NCBI GenBank assembly: GCA_030765125.1
Contig: JAVCDD010000176.1
Coordinates: 220-64,219, forward strand
From: Candidatus Hatepunaea meridiana
GTDB lineage: Bacteria > Electryoneota > AABM5-125-24 > Hatepunaeales > Hatepunaeaceae
DNA: 64,000 bases
Direction: 5' to 3'
The position numbers and the translations under genes are program-made. The notes beneath the pieces are model-generated. The model was not told the DNA's origin. It saw only the letters and a list, made by a program, of their open reading frames with translations, and made no database searches. Numbering within the stretch: position 1 is the first letter of the stretch; each line of letters starts with the position of its first letter. This document shows, one piece after another, positions 10,027 through 19,367 of the stretch.

Positions 10027-13000
10027 ATGAGAAAACTTACATCTATTGATGAATTTAAAGGTCTTCAAGATAGACTTATTGCCGATCAACCATCAGATAT
10101 TTCCACTATCATTATCCCCGCAGGCACTTGCGGTCAAGCAAGTGGCGCTAATGATATAATTCGCGCAGTAAAACGCGAAATATTAGCCAAAGATCTTTCC
10201 ACTAATATACGTATTCGGATAACAGGCTGCCATGGATTCTGTGAAATGGAACCATCAATCCTTATCGAACCACAAGGAACATTCTATCCGAAAGTCAACC
10301 CAAAAGACATTCCCCGGATTATCGATGCTATTCTCAAGGATTCTGTGGTTGATGAATTGTTATGGAAAGATTTAAGTATAGGAACAACAATTGCGAAGCA
10401 GCAAGATATTCCATTTTTTAAACAGCAAACGCGAACAATCATATCACGCAGTGAGAAAGTTGATCCGATCCGCATATATAACTATCTAAGAAGCGGTGGC
10501 TATCGAGGACTCGCGGGCGCTTTGGATCGCGGTGAACCTAAATGGGTTGTAAACGAAGTCAAGATTTCAGGATTGCGCGGTAGAGGAGGCGCTGGTTTTC
10601 CGACCGGACTTAAGTGGGAGTTCTTAGCGGCAAAAAAAGGCGACAGAGGAAAATTCCTGGTTTGCAATGCAGATGAAGGAGACCCCGGCGCCTATATGGA
10701 CCGTAGTGTGCTCGAAGGAAATCCCCACAGCATCATCGAAGGAATGCTCATCGGAGCTTATGCCACAGGCGCAACGAATGGTGTAGTCTACGCTCGGTAC
10801 GAGTATCCGCTTGCCATTAAACATCTCCTTATAGCGCTGAGACAAGCGCGTGAACTTGGTCTCTTAGGCGAAAACATCCTTGGAACCAGCTTCTCATTCG
10901 ATATTGATGTTATAAAGGGTGCAGGCGCTTTCGTTTGCGGTGAGGAAACAGCCCTAATAAGATCTATTGAGGGTAAGATGGGTGAACCGCGACAGCGTCC
11001 GCCATTCCCCACCGATAAGGGAGTTGAGGGTAAACCAACTGTCATCAATAATGTCGAAACGTGGGCAAATATTCCTGTAATCTTCGAGATCGGAGCGAAG
11101 GAATTCGCTCAAATCGGTACTAAAGGAAACTCAGGAACAAAGATATTCAGCCTCGTCGGCAAGGTTAAAAACACCGGTCTGGTCGAGGTGCCGATGGGCA
11201 TCACTATCGGCGAAATCGTCTTCGACATCGGCGGTGGTTCAATCGGTAAAGCCGCGATTAAAGCAGTCCAGACCGGTGGACCTTCCGGCGGGTGTATTCC
11301 AGTAAGTATGTTCGACCTGCCCATTGATTATGACAGCCTGGCTAAAGCAGGTTCTATTATGGGCTCGGGCGGAATGATTGTGATGGATGAAAACACCTGT
11401 ATAGTTGACATCGCCAAGTACTATGTGAATTTCCTGAAAGACGAGTCCTGCGGTAAGTGTTATACCTGCCGTAAGGGTACTCAGAGGATGTATGAATTAT
11501 TGGAAGACATCACTGAAGGACGAGGCACGCTTGAACATTTAGACCTGCTTGAAGAACTGGCGCACGTTGTGGCGGATACGACTATGTGCGGTCTCGGACA
11601 GACCGCATCGAATCCGGTTCTTTCAACGCTTAAGTATTTCAGAGACGAATATATTGAACATATTATTGACAAACGATGTCGAGCCAGTGTTTGCAAGGAT
11701 TTAGTCGGCGCGCCCTGTCAGGCAACTTGTCCTATCGGCACGGAAGCCTGGCGTTATATTGCGCATATATCCCGCGGCGAGTATGAAGAGGCTTACATAT
11801 CAATTCGCGAAGAGAACCCATTCCCCTCTATCTGCGCCCGGGTCTGCGATCATAAGTGTGAATCGAGATGCCGTCTGGGACAATCAGGCGACCGTCCGGT
11901 TGCGATCAGGGCTCTCAAACGATTCGTTACTGATAACGTAGATCCTTCGGTATACAAACCTAAGCGATCATCTGAAAAGCAGACAGCGAAAGTTGCGATT
12001 GTCGGCGCCGGTCCCGGCGGATTGACGGCGGCGCACTACCTGTCGCTTAAGGGTTATCCGGTTACCGTCTTTGAAATGGACTCGAAACCGGGCGGGATGT
12101 TGTTCAGTTGCATCCCCGCATATCGTCTGCCACAGGATGTGCTTACAAAGGAAATAGAAGCGGTTCTCGATGAAAATATTACTTTAGAATGCAACCGCAC
12201 TCTGGGAACTGATTTTACGGTTAACAGCCTGTTTGATGACGGTTATAAAGCGGTCTTTATTGCAGTAGGCGCTCAGAAGGGACGCCAGCTTGATCTTGAA
12301 GGCGAGGACGCCGAAGGAGTTCTTCCATCTATTGAGTTCCTTAAAGCATTCAATCAGGAAGGTATTCAACTCGCCAAAGGCAATGTAGGCGTTATTGGAG
12401 GCGGTAATTCAGCGGTAGACGCCGCGCGAACCGCTCTTCGTCAGGAAGGTGTAGAAAAGGTAACTATCTTGTATCGTCGTACACAAGAAGAGATGCCTGC
12501 ATTTGAGGAAGAGATTGAGGCAGCAGTTCAGGAAGGCATTACACTGGAAACTTTGGTGGCTCCTGTTAAAATATCAACTGAGGACGGTAAGATAACAGGC
12601 GTTGAGTTCCAGCGGAATCAATTGGGCAAGATGGACTCCAGCGGTCGTCGCAGACCTGTACCGATGGAAGGTTCAAATTTCAACCTTCCTCTTGATACTC
12701 TGATTATTGCCATCAGCGAACAACCGGACGTCAATTCCATCAAACCGGATATTGAAGGCGGGTTAGAGATAACCAGATGGAATACGTTGCAAGTGAATGA
12801 AAACACGCTTGAATGTGGTCGTTCCGGCGTCTTTGCCGGGGGCGATGTCGTTACCGGGCCCAACACTGTAATCGCCGCAATAGCCGATGGTAAGAAAGCG
12901 GCAGTAATGATTGATCGCTATATTCACGGAGAAGAACTCAGGCAGATTGAAGAGCCTAAAATACCGAAGGTATATGTCGAACCCTATCCAATCGATGAGG

Positions 13001-13173
13001 ATGAACAGGGTGAAATTGAGCGTGTCGAGCTGCCTCGCGTTCCCGTTAAGAGACGCAGCAAGAGCTTCATCGAGGTTGAAAGAGCGATGTCCGATGCAGA
13101 CGCCGAACACGAAGCGATACGCTGCCTGAGATGTGATCTTGAATTTACTACACCGAAATCAGAGGAACATTAG
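10027..13173 (+). CDS. HydB/NuoF-like NADH-binding flavoprotein (N-terminal 2Fe-2S domain, FMN/NADH core, 4Fe-4S) fused to GltD/NfnB-like FAD/NAD(P)-binding oxidoreductase
   Basis: GLRGRGGAGFPTGLKWEF (NuoF FMN site). ESCGKCYTCRKGT (NuoF 4Fe-4S). N-terminal CGQA...CHGFCEM 2Fe-2S-like. CQATCPIG...CARVCDHKCESRC ferredoxin-like Cys clusters. KVAIVGAGPGGLTAAHYL and VIGGGNSAVDAART are Rossmann motifs typical of the glutamate synthase small-subunit family. 1048 aa. Confidence 0.8.
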   Translation: MRKLTSIDEFKGLQDRLIADQPSDISTIIIPAGTCGQASGANDIIRAVKREILAKDLSTNIRIRITGCHGFCEMEPSILIEPQGTFYPKVNPKDIPRIIDAILKDSVVDELLWKDLSIGTTIAKQQDIPFFKQQTRTIISRSEKVDPIRIYNYLRSGGYRGLAGALDRGEPKWVVNEVKISGLRGRGGAGFPTGLKWEFLAAKKGDRGKFLVCNADEGDPGAYMDRSVLEGNPHSIIEGMLIGAYATGATNGVVYARYEYPLAIKHLLIALRQARELGLLGENILGTSFSFDIDVIKGAGAFVCGEETALIRSIEGKMGEPRQRPPFPTDKGVEGKPTVINNVETWANIPVIFEIGAKEFAQIGTKGNSGTKIFSLVGKVKNTGLVEVPMGITIGEIVFDIGGGSIGKAAIKAVQTGGPSGGCIPVSMFDLPIDYDSLAKAGSIMGSGGMIVMDENTCIVDIAKYYVNFLKDESCGKCYTCRKGTQRMYELLEDITEGRGTLEHLDLLEELAHVVADTTMCGLGQTASNPVLSTLKYFRDEYIEHIIDKRCRASVCKDLVGAPCQATCPIGTEAWRYIAHISRGEYEEAYISIREENPFPSICARVCDHKCESRCRLGQSGDRPVAIRALKRFVTDNVDPSVYKPKRSSEKQTAKVAIVGAGPGGLTAAHYLSLKGYPVTVFEMDSKPGGMLFSCIPAYRLPQDVLTKEIEAVLDENITLECNRTLGTDFTVNSLFDDGYKAVFIAVGAQKGRQLDLEGEDAEGVLPSIEFLKAFNQEGIQLAKGNVGVIGGGNSAVDAARTALRQEGVEKVTILYRRTQEEMPAFEEEIEAAVQEGITLETLVAPVKISTEDGKITGVEFQRNQLGKMDSSGRRRPVPMEGSNFNLPLDTLIIAISEQPDVNSIKPDIEGGLEITRWNTLQVNENTLECGRSGVFAGGDVVTGPNTVIAAIADGKKAAVMIDRYIHGEELRQIEEPKIPKVYVEPYPIDEDEQGEIERVELPRVPVKRRSKSFIEVERAMSDADAEHEAIRCLRCDLEFTTPKSEEH

Positions 13174-13178
13174 AAGCT

Positions 13179-13236
13179 ATGAGTGCGCGCTTCAGCGCGT
13201 AAAGGAGTTATCCCACGCGCTGAAGCGCGCACTCAT
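13179..13236. repeat. REP-A palindromic element copy (gagtgcgcgcttcagcgcgt ... acgcgctgaagcgcgcactc)
   Basis: Inverted repeat in the 89 bp gap between the nuoF-gltD fusion and the ferredoxin gene. Confidence 0.55.
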
Positions 13237-13262
13237 AACTTCTATTTACACAAGATACAAAA

Positions 13263-13934
13263 ATGATAAATCTTAAAATAAATGGCTTAAACGTTTCCGT
13301 CGATAAGGGAACGACTCTTCTAGAAGCGGCACAATCTATCGGCTTTCCGATTCCAACGCTGTGCCATAAGGAAGGACTTACACCCTACGGCGCTTGCCGG
13401 TTGTGCGTCATGGAAATCGGAGAAGGCGATAGAGCTAAATTGGTAACTTCCTGCACTTACCCAGCGGAAGAAGGGCTTAAAGTTCGTACAGCGTCAAGGC
13501 GTGTCCTTCGCGCACGCAGGATGATTATCGAGCTTCTTCTGGCGTCCAGTCCGCAATCGAAAACGATACAGGACATTGCAGCCGCTCACAACGTTAAACA
13601 GCAGCGTTTCCGTCAGGAGTACGAGGACTGCATCCTCTGCGGACTCTGTGTGCGGATGTGTAAGGAACAAATGATGGCGGGCGCTATCGGCTTCCGTGGA
13701 CGCGGTCAGGATCGAAGCATCGGTACGCCATTCGACATCAAATCGGAAGTATGCCGGTTGTGCGGTGGATGTCTTTATGTTTGTCCTGTCTGCTCGCTTA
13801 GATGTACATACAACCAACCGGATAAAGCGATTTGCGGCGCTTGTGCAAATCTGAGCCCGCCGTGTGTGGAAAAGGAACCATTTGACGATATGATGTGCTA
13901 TATGGAACCGTGTGTGGCGTGTGAGATAAAATAG
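13263..13934 (+). CDS. NuoG/HydA-N-terminal-like ferredoxin (2Fe-2S plus multiple 4Fe-4S Cys motifs)
   Basis: MINLKINGLNVSVDKGTTLLEAAQSIGFPIPTLC...GACRLC is a 2Fe-2S plant-type fold as in the NuoG N-terminus. Later CILCGLCVRMC, CRLCGGCLYVCPVC, C..C. 223 aa, too short for hydrogenase or Mo domains. Confidence 0.6.
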   Translation: MINLKINGLNVSVDKGTTLLEAAQSIGFPIPTLCHKEGLTPYGACRLCVMEIGEGDRAKLVTSCTYPAEEGLKVRTASRRVLRARRMIIELLLASSPQSKTIQDIAAAHNVKQQRFRQEYEDCILCGLCVRMCKEQMMAGAIGFRGRGQDRSIGTPFDIKSEVCRLCGGCLYVCPVCSLRCTYNQPDKAICGACANLSPPCVEKEPFDDMMCYMEPCVACEIK

Positions 13935-14166
13935 TTTCAAATAACAAGTGTCAAGTAATAAGTTTTCCTCATTCCCAACTTGATTGGGAATCCAGAGTAT
14001 TCAAGGACTTACTGGATTCCCAATCAAGTTGGGAATGAGGAAAAAACTGGATTCCAGCTTCCGCTGGAATGACAAAAGAGGAAACGTAACTTGACACTTG
14101 TAACTTGTTACTTGCCACTTGTAACTTTCAAAAAGAATAAAAACATAGAAATAAAAGGAGTAATTA

Positions 14167-15756
14167 ATGTCTGGGACTTTCTCAGTAGTAAACCGTTCAG
14201 CCGCAACATTAACAAAAAACCGGACTGAAGGTTCTATTTCACCAATTTCCGGAATGTGCGTTACGTGTGTGGATGGCTGTATCGGAATGTGCGAGATTGG
14301 CAAATCTGCCTATAGAGGGCACGAAGTTATTTACCCTCAACCTTTCGGAGTTATAACAACGGCTTCAGAAAAAAACTACCCGGTCGATTATTCGCATTTT
14401 AATATAATGGGAACAGCCGTCGGTGCGGTTGGGATTGAAGCTGACAGCGATAAAGCGATCTTTCCAAATGTGAACCTCGAAGTTCATTTCGGACATAAAA
14501 AGGATATAAAATTCCGCCTTCCCTTTATGATCCCCGGCATCGGATCTACTGATGTCGCAAAGAACAACTGGGATGGGCTGGCTATCGGTACCGCTCTAGC
14601 AGGAACAGGTCTGACAATCGGCGAAAACGTTGTTGGAATGGATCCGCAATCGGTTATTAAAGACGGTCATGTTGTTGATACCGTTGATCTAAAACGCAGA
14701 GTCAAGCTTTTCCAAGATAACCAGATAGACGGCTGGGGCGCTACAATCGTTCAGGCGAACGTTGAAGACACCCGGCTCGGCATCCAGGAATATGCTATAA
14801 ACGACCTTGGCGTAGACATTGTCGAACTGAAGTGGGGACAGGGCGCAAAAGACATCGGCGGCGAAGTCAAGATTAAGAGCTTAAAGAAAGCTCAACTTCT
14901 TTATGAACGCGGTTATGTTGTATTGCCTAATCCTACGGATAAGGCTGTTATCAAAGCTTTCGAGCGTGGGTCGTTCACTGAATTCGAGCGTCATTCACGG
15001 GTTGGAATGGTTACGGAAGAGGGCTTCGCAAGCCGGGTTGATGAATTACGCAAAGCCGGCGCCAAGCACATATTCCTTAAGACAGGCGCTTATCGTCCAG
15101 CTGATCTTGCGCGTGCGATTTTATTCGCTGCAAAGTACGGCATCGAACTGCTTACAGTTGACGGCGCTGGCGGCGGTACAGGTATGAGCCCCTGGCGGAT
15201 GATGAACGAATGGGGAATGCCGATAGTAGAATTGCATTCACTATTATATAAGTATGCCAAACGTCTCGATGACAGAGGAATGAAGATTCCAGCATTGGCG
15301 CTAGCCGGTGGATTTACTTTCGAGGATCAGATTTACAAGGGGTTGGCTCTGGGCGCTCCGTATGTGAAATTGATCGGTATGGCGAGAGGTCCGCTTGCAT
15401 CCGTAATGGTAGGCAAAACAATCGGCAAAGCGATAGACAACGACGAACTGCCGGTATATGTAGAACGCTTCGGTAATACAAAAGATGAAATCTTCGTAAC
15501 CTCAGGCGACCTGCGTAATGAACTTGGCGACAAGGCATTTGAGGAGCTTCCAACCGGAGCTATCGGTCTTTACACTTATTATGAGCGGTTAGCGCAAGGC
15601 TTACGTCAAATGATGGCTGGAAATAGAAAATTTGGACTCGAGCATATTACGCGCGGTGACATTGCAGCCTTAACCCGCGAAGCAGCAGACATCAGCGGCA
15701 TTGAATATCTGATGGACGTTGATAAGGAAGAGGTTGACGAGATACTTAAGGGTTGA
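14167..15756 (+). CDS. Glutamate synthase-family FMN-dependent oxidoreductase (GltB domain-2-like) with N-terminal Cys cluster
   Basis: LTVDGAGGGTGMSPW matches the conserved G.EGGTGA FMN-domain motif of the glutamate synthase family. N-terminal CVTCVDGCIGMCE Cys cluster. 529 aa. Confidence 0.65.
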   Translation: MSGTFSVVNRSAATLTKNRTEGSISPISGMCVTCVDGCIGMCEIGKSAYRGHEVIYPQPFGVITTASEKNYPVDYSHFNIMGTAVGAVGIEADSDKAIFPNVNLEVHFGHKKDIKFRLPFMIPGIGSTDVAKNNWDGLAIGTALAGTGLTIGENVVGMDPQSVIKDGHVVDTVDLKRRVKLFQDNQIDGWGATIVQANVEDTRLGIQEYAINDLGVDIVELKWGQGAKDIGGEVKIKSLKKAQLLYERGYVVLPNPTDKAVIKAFERGSFTEFERHSRVGMVTEEGFASRVDELRKAGAKHIFLKTGAYRPADLARAILFAAKYGIELLTVDGAGGGTGMSPWRMMNEWGMPIVELHSLLYKYAKRLDDRGMKIPALALAGGFTFEDQIYKGLALGAPYVKLIGMARGPLASVMVGKTIGKAIDNDELPVYVERFGNTKDEIFVTSGDLRNELGDKAFEELPTGAIGLYTYYERLAQGLRQMMAGNRKFGLEHITRGDIAALTREAADISGIEYLMDVDKEEVDEILKG

Positions 15757-16018
15757 GTGTCGTAGTGTCGTAATCCAGCAGAATAGGCATCTCTGCTTAA
15801 GAATGCTGTGATGTTATGATGCCGTAATACTATACGCCAAGCCATTTAGTATCAAACAATATGATTTGATGGCTTGGCGTATTCTTATTTGATAGATGGT
15901 CTATTAAGAAACTCCTTGCCCTCCGCGATCTCTGCGGTGAATATTTTTTGGGAGTATACATTCCCAAAACCACGACACTACGACACCACTATACTACGGA
16001 TACTACGACACCACTATA

Positions 16019-16378
16019 CTACGACACCCCAACACTGCGAAACCAATCCATATCAATATTAGGACACGTCTTTGGAGTATCCCCCGGTTTGATCAATTCA
16101 TAATGTCCAACCAATTGCGTTCCCGGATAATCGGTTTTCAACTTTTTAAGCAGCTTTGCTAAAGACAGGAACTGTCGTTGTGTAAATTGTTGTTTCCCGA
16201 TCAGACATATCCCGATAGAGTTGTGATTGAAACCCTTGACGTGAGCGCCAGGCATATCCGGAGAACGCCCTTCTTCAATCGTCCCATCCAACCAGAACTT
16301 CGGACGTTTAAGCCGGTATGATTCCTCATCAGGATAGCCGTTCAGGATTATGAAATGATAGCCTATACATTTTGCTTG
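16019..16378 (-). pseudogene. N-terminally truncated N-acetylmuramoyl-L-alanine amidase (amidase_2/PGRP, T7-lysozyme-like endolysin) remnant
   Basis: Reading frame is open from the stop at 16379-16381 and encodes ...AKCIGYHFIILNGYPDEESYRLKRPKFWLDGTIEEGRSPDMPGAHVKGFNHNSIGICLIG (conserved IGYHF, GAH..G.N..SIGI). The ~45 N-terminal residues, including the first Zn-ligand His, are absent. No ATG or GTG; only an internal TTG. Confidence 0.6.
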
Positions 16379-16389
16379 TTAAAAACTCA

Positions 16390-16962
16390 TTAGAACTTCA
16401 TCCAACTGGTATGAAATTCATGTTGAAATACGTGATTTCCGTTTGATTTTATTCCGAAGACATAAGCCTTGTCGTCAAACTTCGCACTAATGACATAAAG
16501 CGCGTCTGGTGTTTCTTCAAGTTTACTCCGACCCTGAACAGCACCAGGGGTAAATGGAATAACCTGTAAAGCAATCTCTATATTTGATATTTCAACTCCT
16601 TTTTCTTTGAGTTTACATACAACCATACATATTGCAGCTTGCTCATCGATGCGTGTAGGCTTGAATTTGGAGATTAAAACAGAAAACTTTCTAAATATCA
16701 TTTCCCAAGCCTCAAGATTTTTATTTATCTTGTCACCAAGTAAAAAAATGCTAACAGCAGACGCACCTACGATAGTTTTCCAATCAACATCATTAAATAA
16801 TTCGACCAATACACAGGGCCAGTCAGCCCCATGACCTATATCAGCATTTTGAGCCACAAGTTGCTCATCAAACTCTTGGAGATTTCCATTTAGTTCGTTT
16901 AGGAACTTGTCTTCCTGCCATTCACTAGAGTCGTAGTAGGGATCAGAGAATATTAGCTGCAT
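16390..16962 (-). CDS. Hypothetical protein (190 aa), low GC, in phage-remnant lysis region
   Basis: Long ORF with no recognisable motifs. Followed by an AT-rich gap. Confidence 0.4.
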   Translation of the reverse strand: MQLIFSDPYYDSSEWQEDKFLNELNGNLQEFDEQLVAQNADIGHGADWPCVLVELFNDVDWKTIVGASAVSIFLLGDKINKNLEAWEMIFRKFSVLISKFKPTRIDEQAAICMVVCKLKEKGVEISNIEIALQVIPFTPGAVQGRSKLEETPDALYVISAKFDDKAYVFGIKSNGNHVFQHEFHTSWMKF

Positions 16963-17329
16963 AAACTATCCTTCCTAACATTTAACTTATTTATAGTGTA
17001 ATTTATCGGTGACCTATTTGCAACAAGTATTCTTTCATGTAGAAAGAGCATAAGTCTACCTTGCTTCCTAATATAATACAATTATTATCAATTCAAAATT
17101 TGAACCAGCACTTTCAAATCATATGATGATAACTTTCAATAAATGTTAGAGTATTTCAAAATAGTGATACTTTTGTATATTGTTGGCATAAATAATTATT
17201 TTACAATTCCTGCTTTCGTCAGAATGACAGCCGAAAAACGAATCGCTACAATGAAGAACAATTAAGTCAACCTTTTTCCGTTCACCGATACCTCCGACAC
17301 CACGATACCCCGACACTCCGACACCAAAA

Positions 17330-17596
17330 TCAACCTTTCGATTCGGCATCATCTGAATCCAATCCTTTATAAACTCCTTCAACGAAGTCCGCTACTGTCG
17401 AGGCAAATCTATCCTCGATCTTTCCCCAACTGGCGCCGAGTTTCTTCTGTCCGAATTTTGTAAGAAAACAACCAACTTTGTATCCCCATTCAAAGGTACG
17501 TTTTCTCGGGAGTAACAGACCGAACAGATACAGTGCAAGCGGGATGCCCACCGCCCCGATCAATCCGGGAATTATTGGATTCAACCATTCAGGCAT
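17330..17596 (-). CDS. Small membrane protein (88 aa, N-terminal TM) - holin-like candidate
   Basis: MPEWLNPIIPGLIGAVGIPLALYLFGLLL is a TM helix followed by a charged tail. Sits upstream of the amidase remnant in phage-like context. Confidence 0.3.
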   Translation of the reverse strand: MPEWLNPIIPGLIGAVGIPLALYLFGLLLPRKRTFEWGYKVGCFLTKFGQKKLGASWGKIEDRFASTVADFVEGVYKGLDSDDAESKG

Positions 17597-17605
17597 AATA
17601 ACCTC

Positions 17606-17881
17606 CTATTTTATAAACACCGCTGCTAAGGCGGTCAGATTCCCCGCAATCGCAGCTATTATCGCAACCCAGAAAACCCAAGAGCGATCTCTTTGGAACT
17701 CTCGTCGCTTCCGGTATGCTGTATTCTTCTGAACGTCTATAACAAGGTTGTTCTTATAATCACCATTACCAAAAAGACAATGATGAATCTCATCGATCCG
17801 CTTTGATATAGACTTTATTTCACTTGCGAGGACAACAATATCAACCCGTCTTTCGATTTGCTCTTCATCAATATTCCTCAT
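17606..17881 (-). CDS. Small coiled-coil protein with C-terminal TM anchor (91 aa) - lysis-accessory candidate
   Basis: C-terminal WVFWVAIIAAIAGNLTALAAVFIK. 4 bp overlap with the upstream ORF. Confidence 0.3.
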   Translation of the reverse strand: MRNIDEEQIERRVDIVVLASEIKSISKRIDEIHHCLFGNGDYKNNLVIDVQKNTAYRKRREFQRDRSWVFWVAIIAAIAGNLTALAAVFIK

Positions 17882-18200
17882 TTTTCCTCTTCCGGCATCT
17901 TGCGATACCCTCGTCCAGCGAGTTCGTCGTCAAGCTCAATTGTAGTTCCCATCCACCATACAAGACAATAATCACGCGCAGGTAATTCAAACTCTCCCCA
18001 AATCGAACCCAAATAAGCAACTACTTGAGTTGTATCTTCTAACGTGCAGAGTGGGATACTCGCCTTATCTGCTGGAGCTTCGTGCACTTCATTATCAGTA
18101 TAGATGAAGAATGTTTGTATACTACACGATTCGATTGCGATTCCTCCAACCAAACCAAGCAAAGTAATAAAGACCAAAGACTAAAGATTTTTGTTTTCAT
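17878..18200 (-). CDS. Small secreted protein, probably frameshifted (two overlapping frames both encode signal-peptide-like N-termini)
   Basis: The ATG at 18198-18200 gives MKTKIFSLWSLLLCLVWL... and stops after 47 codons. The +1 frame from the TTG at 18177 gives MVFITLLGLVGGIAIESCS... (99 aa). Possible authentic frameshift or sequencing error in the T-rich run. Confidence 0.25.
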
Positions 18201-18434
18201 CTTCCAATCCATTTATGAAATTTACCGCGTTTTGCATCTGTAAGCGAACCATTCATTAGAGCCAAGTATCTAATATGACCAGTAAAGTAATTAGTTGTAT
18301 TATCTTTACCTATCTGCAAAACCCCATTCTGAAAATCCCAACTGTTATTGTATGTATTACTTGACAAAACACCATTAATCCAACACCTATTGATACCGGA
18401 TATTATTTCCTTTCTTAGATCAACATTAAGCATT

Positions 18435-18480
18435 CCTGAAGGGAATGAATGTGAATAGCGGTGGGTGAAACCCACCGAAT
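18435..18480. repeat. REP-C element (gggaatgaatgtgaatagcggtgggtgaaacccaccgaat)
   Basis: Near-identical copies at 24289-24334, 37921-37966 and, reversed, 44998-45045. Contains the hairpin ggtgggtgaaacccacc. Confidence 0.6.
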
Positions 18481-18568
18481 AGAATTTTTCCCCACCAGGT
18501 TATACTCCTGAAACTTTGGGATTGAAACCCGGCGGGAACGACACTACAACACCACAACACCACAACAC

Positions 18569-19135
18569 CTAATGCTCACATATTAACGTCCAATCCACCT
18601 GACATGTGTCATCTATATCGCTGGTGAATACCAATCTGATATATCCGCCGATCATCACTCTCAGAGGAAACAACCATTGCCTGGACGTATCGTCCAATGC
18701 TTCAAATCTCCAGATACCGTACTGGTTGCAGCTATAATTGTTACTCTCGATGAACTGATTGGAACTATCGGCATTCCAGAACGATATCCAGGTGGTGTCG
18801 TAGGCGCATTCGAAGCGTGCTGATGATACTCGTGCTGAATCACCGTCACCGTTGCAACCAAGCTTGATGCCGACGCTGAATATCTCCGGATTGAAGATAC
18901 CGATATTACGGTTATCATCATTTTCCGCTACTGATGAAAACCCCACCTGACACCAGGATGTGGTATAGGAATTAGCAGCTCCCTTGATTAAACCTTGTCC
19001 CGTATAAATAACCGGAAAGTGTTCACCTGCGAGCATTTCACCGGCGGATTTGTTTGGTAGATTAACACTGATCTGACAGTTACCAACTGTTATCAACGAA
19101 GCGATCAGCAGTATTACTATGATGTTACGGTTCAT
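18569..19135 (-). CDS. Secreted Cys-rich hypothetical protein (188 aa)
   Basis: Signal peptide MNRNIIVILLIASLITVGNCQ. Nine Cys in total. The downstream 18197-18433 ORF ends ...FTGHIRYLALMNGSLTD, reminiscent of a LamG/ConA-like domain C-terminus and possibly a disrupted continuation. Confidence 0.4.
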   Translation of the reverse strand: MNRNIIVILLIASLITVGNCQISVNLPNKSAGEMLAGEHFPVIYTGQGLIKGAANSYTTSWCQVGFSSVAENDDNRNIGIFNPEIFSVGIKLGCNGDGDSARVSSARFECAYDTTWISFWNADSSNQFIESNNYSCNQYGIWRFEALDDTSRQWLFPLRVMIGGYIRLVFTSDIDDTCQVDWTLICEH

Positions 19136-19185
19136 TTTGTACCTCTTGAATTTTTGTTGTCATGTTATTACTTTGTAAATAAGCT

Positions 19186-19363
19186 TTTAGAGTGCGCGCT
19201 TTAGTGCGTGGTATCTTTAGAATACGAGGATTAGCGCCATTCAACACCGGAGTGCTCAAGCTTGCTTGAGCGCGAACTGGGACTAACACATAGTATAATC
19301 CGCTCAAGCAAGCTTGAGCACTCCGGTTTTACTAGTCCAACGCGCTGAAGCGAGCACTCTAAA
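19186..19363. repeat. Composite nested palindrome: REP-A arms (agagtgcgcgctttagtgcgt / acgcgctgaagcgagcactct) enclosing REP-B (ccggagtgctcaagcttgcttgagcg / cgctcaagcaagcttgagcactccgg)
   Basis: Both inverted-repeat pairs read directly. REP-B recurs at 27521-27606 and 43998-44033. Confidence 0.6.
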
Positions 19364-19367
19364 CTCG

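Noticed and set aside
17146-17382. 78 aa minus-strand ORF
   Set aside because: Its 5' portion is translated from the cgacaccacgataccccgacactccgacacc repeat. Lies in an AT-rich intergenic region.
18197-18475. 92 aa ORF as annotated
   Set aside because: First 14 codons are REP-C sequence. Only the remainder (from about 18433), with a LamG-like C-terminal motif, might be a gene fragment; kept as a note under the 18569 feature rather than a separate gene.
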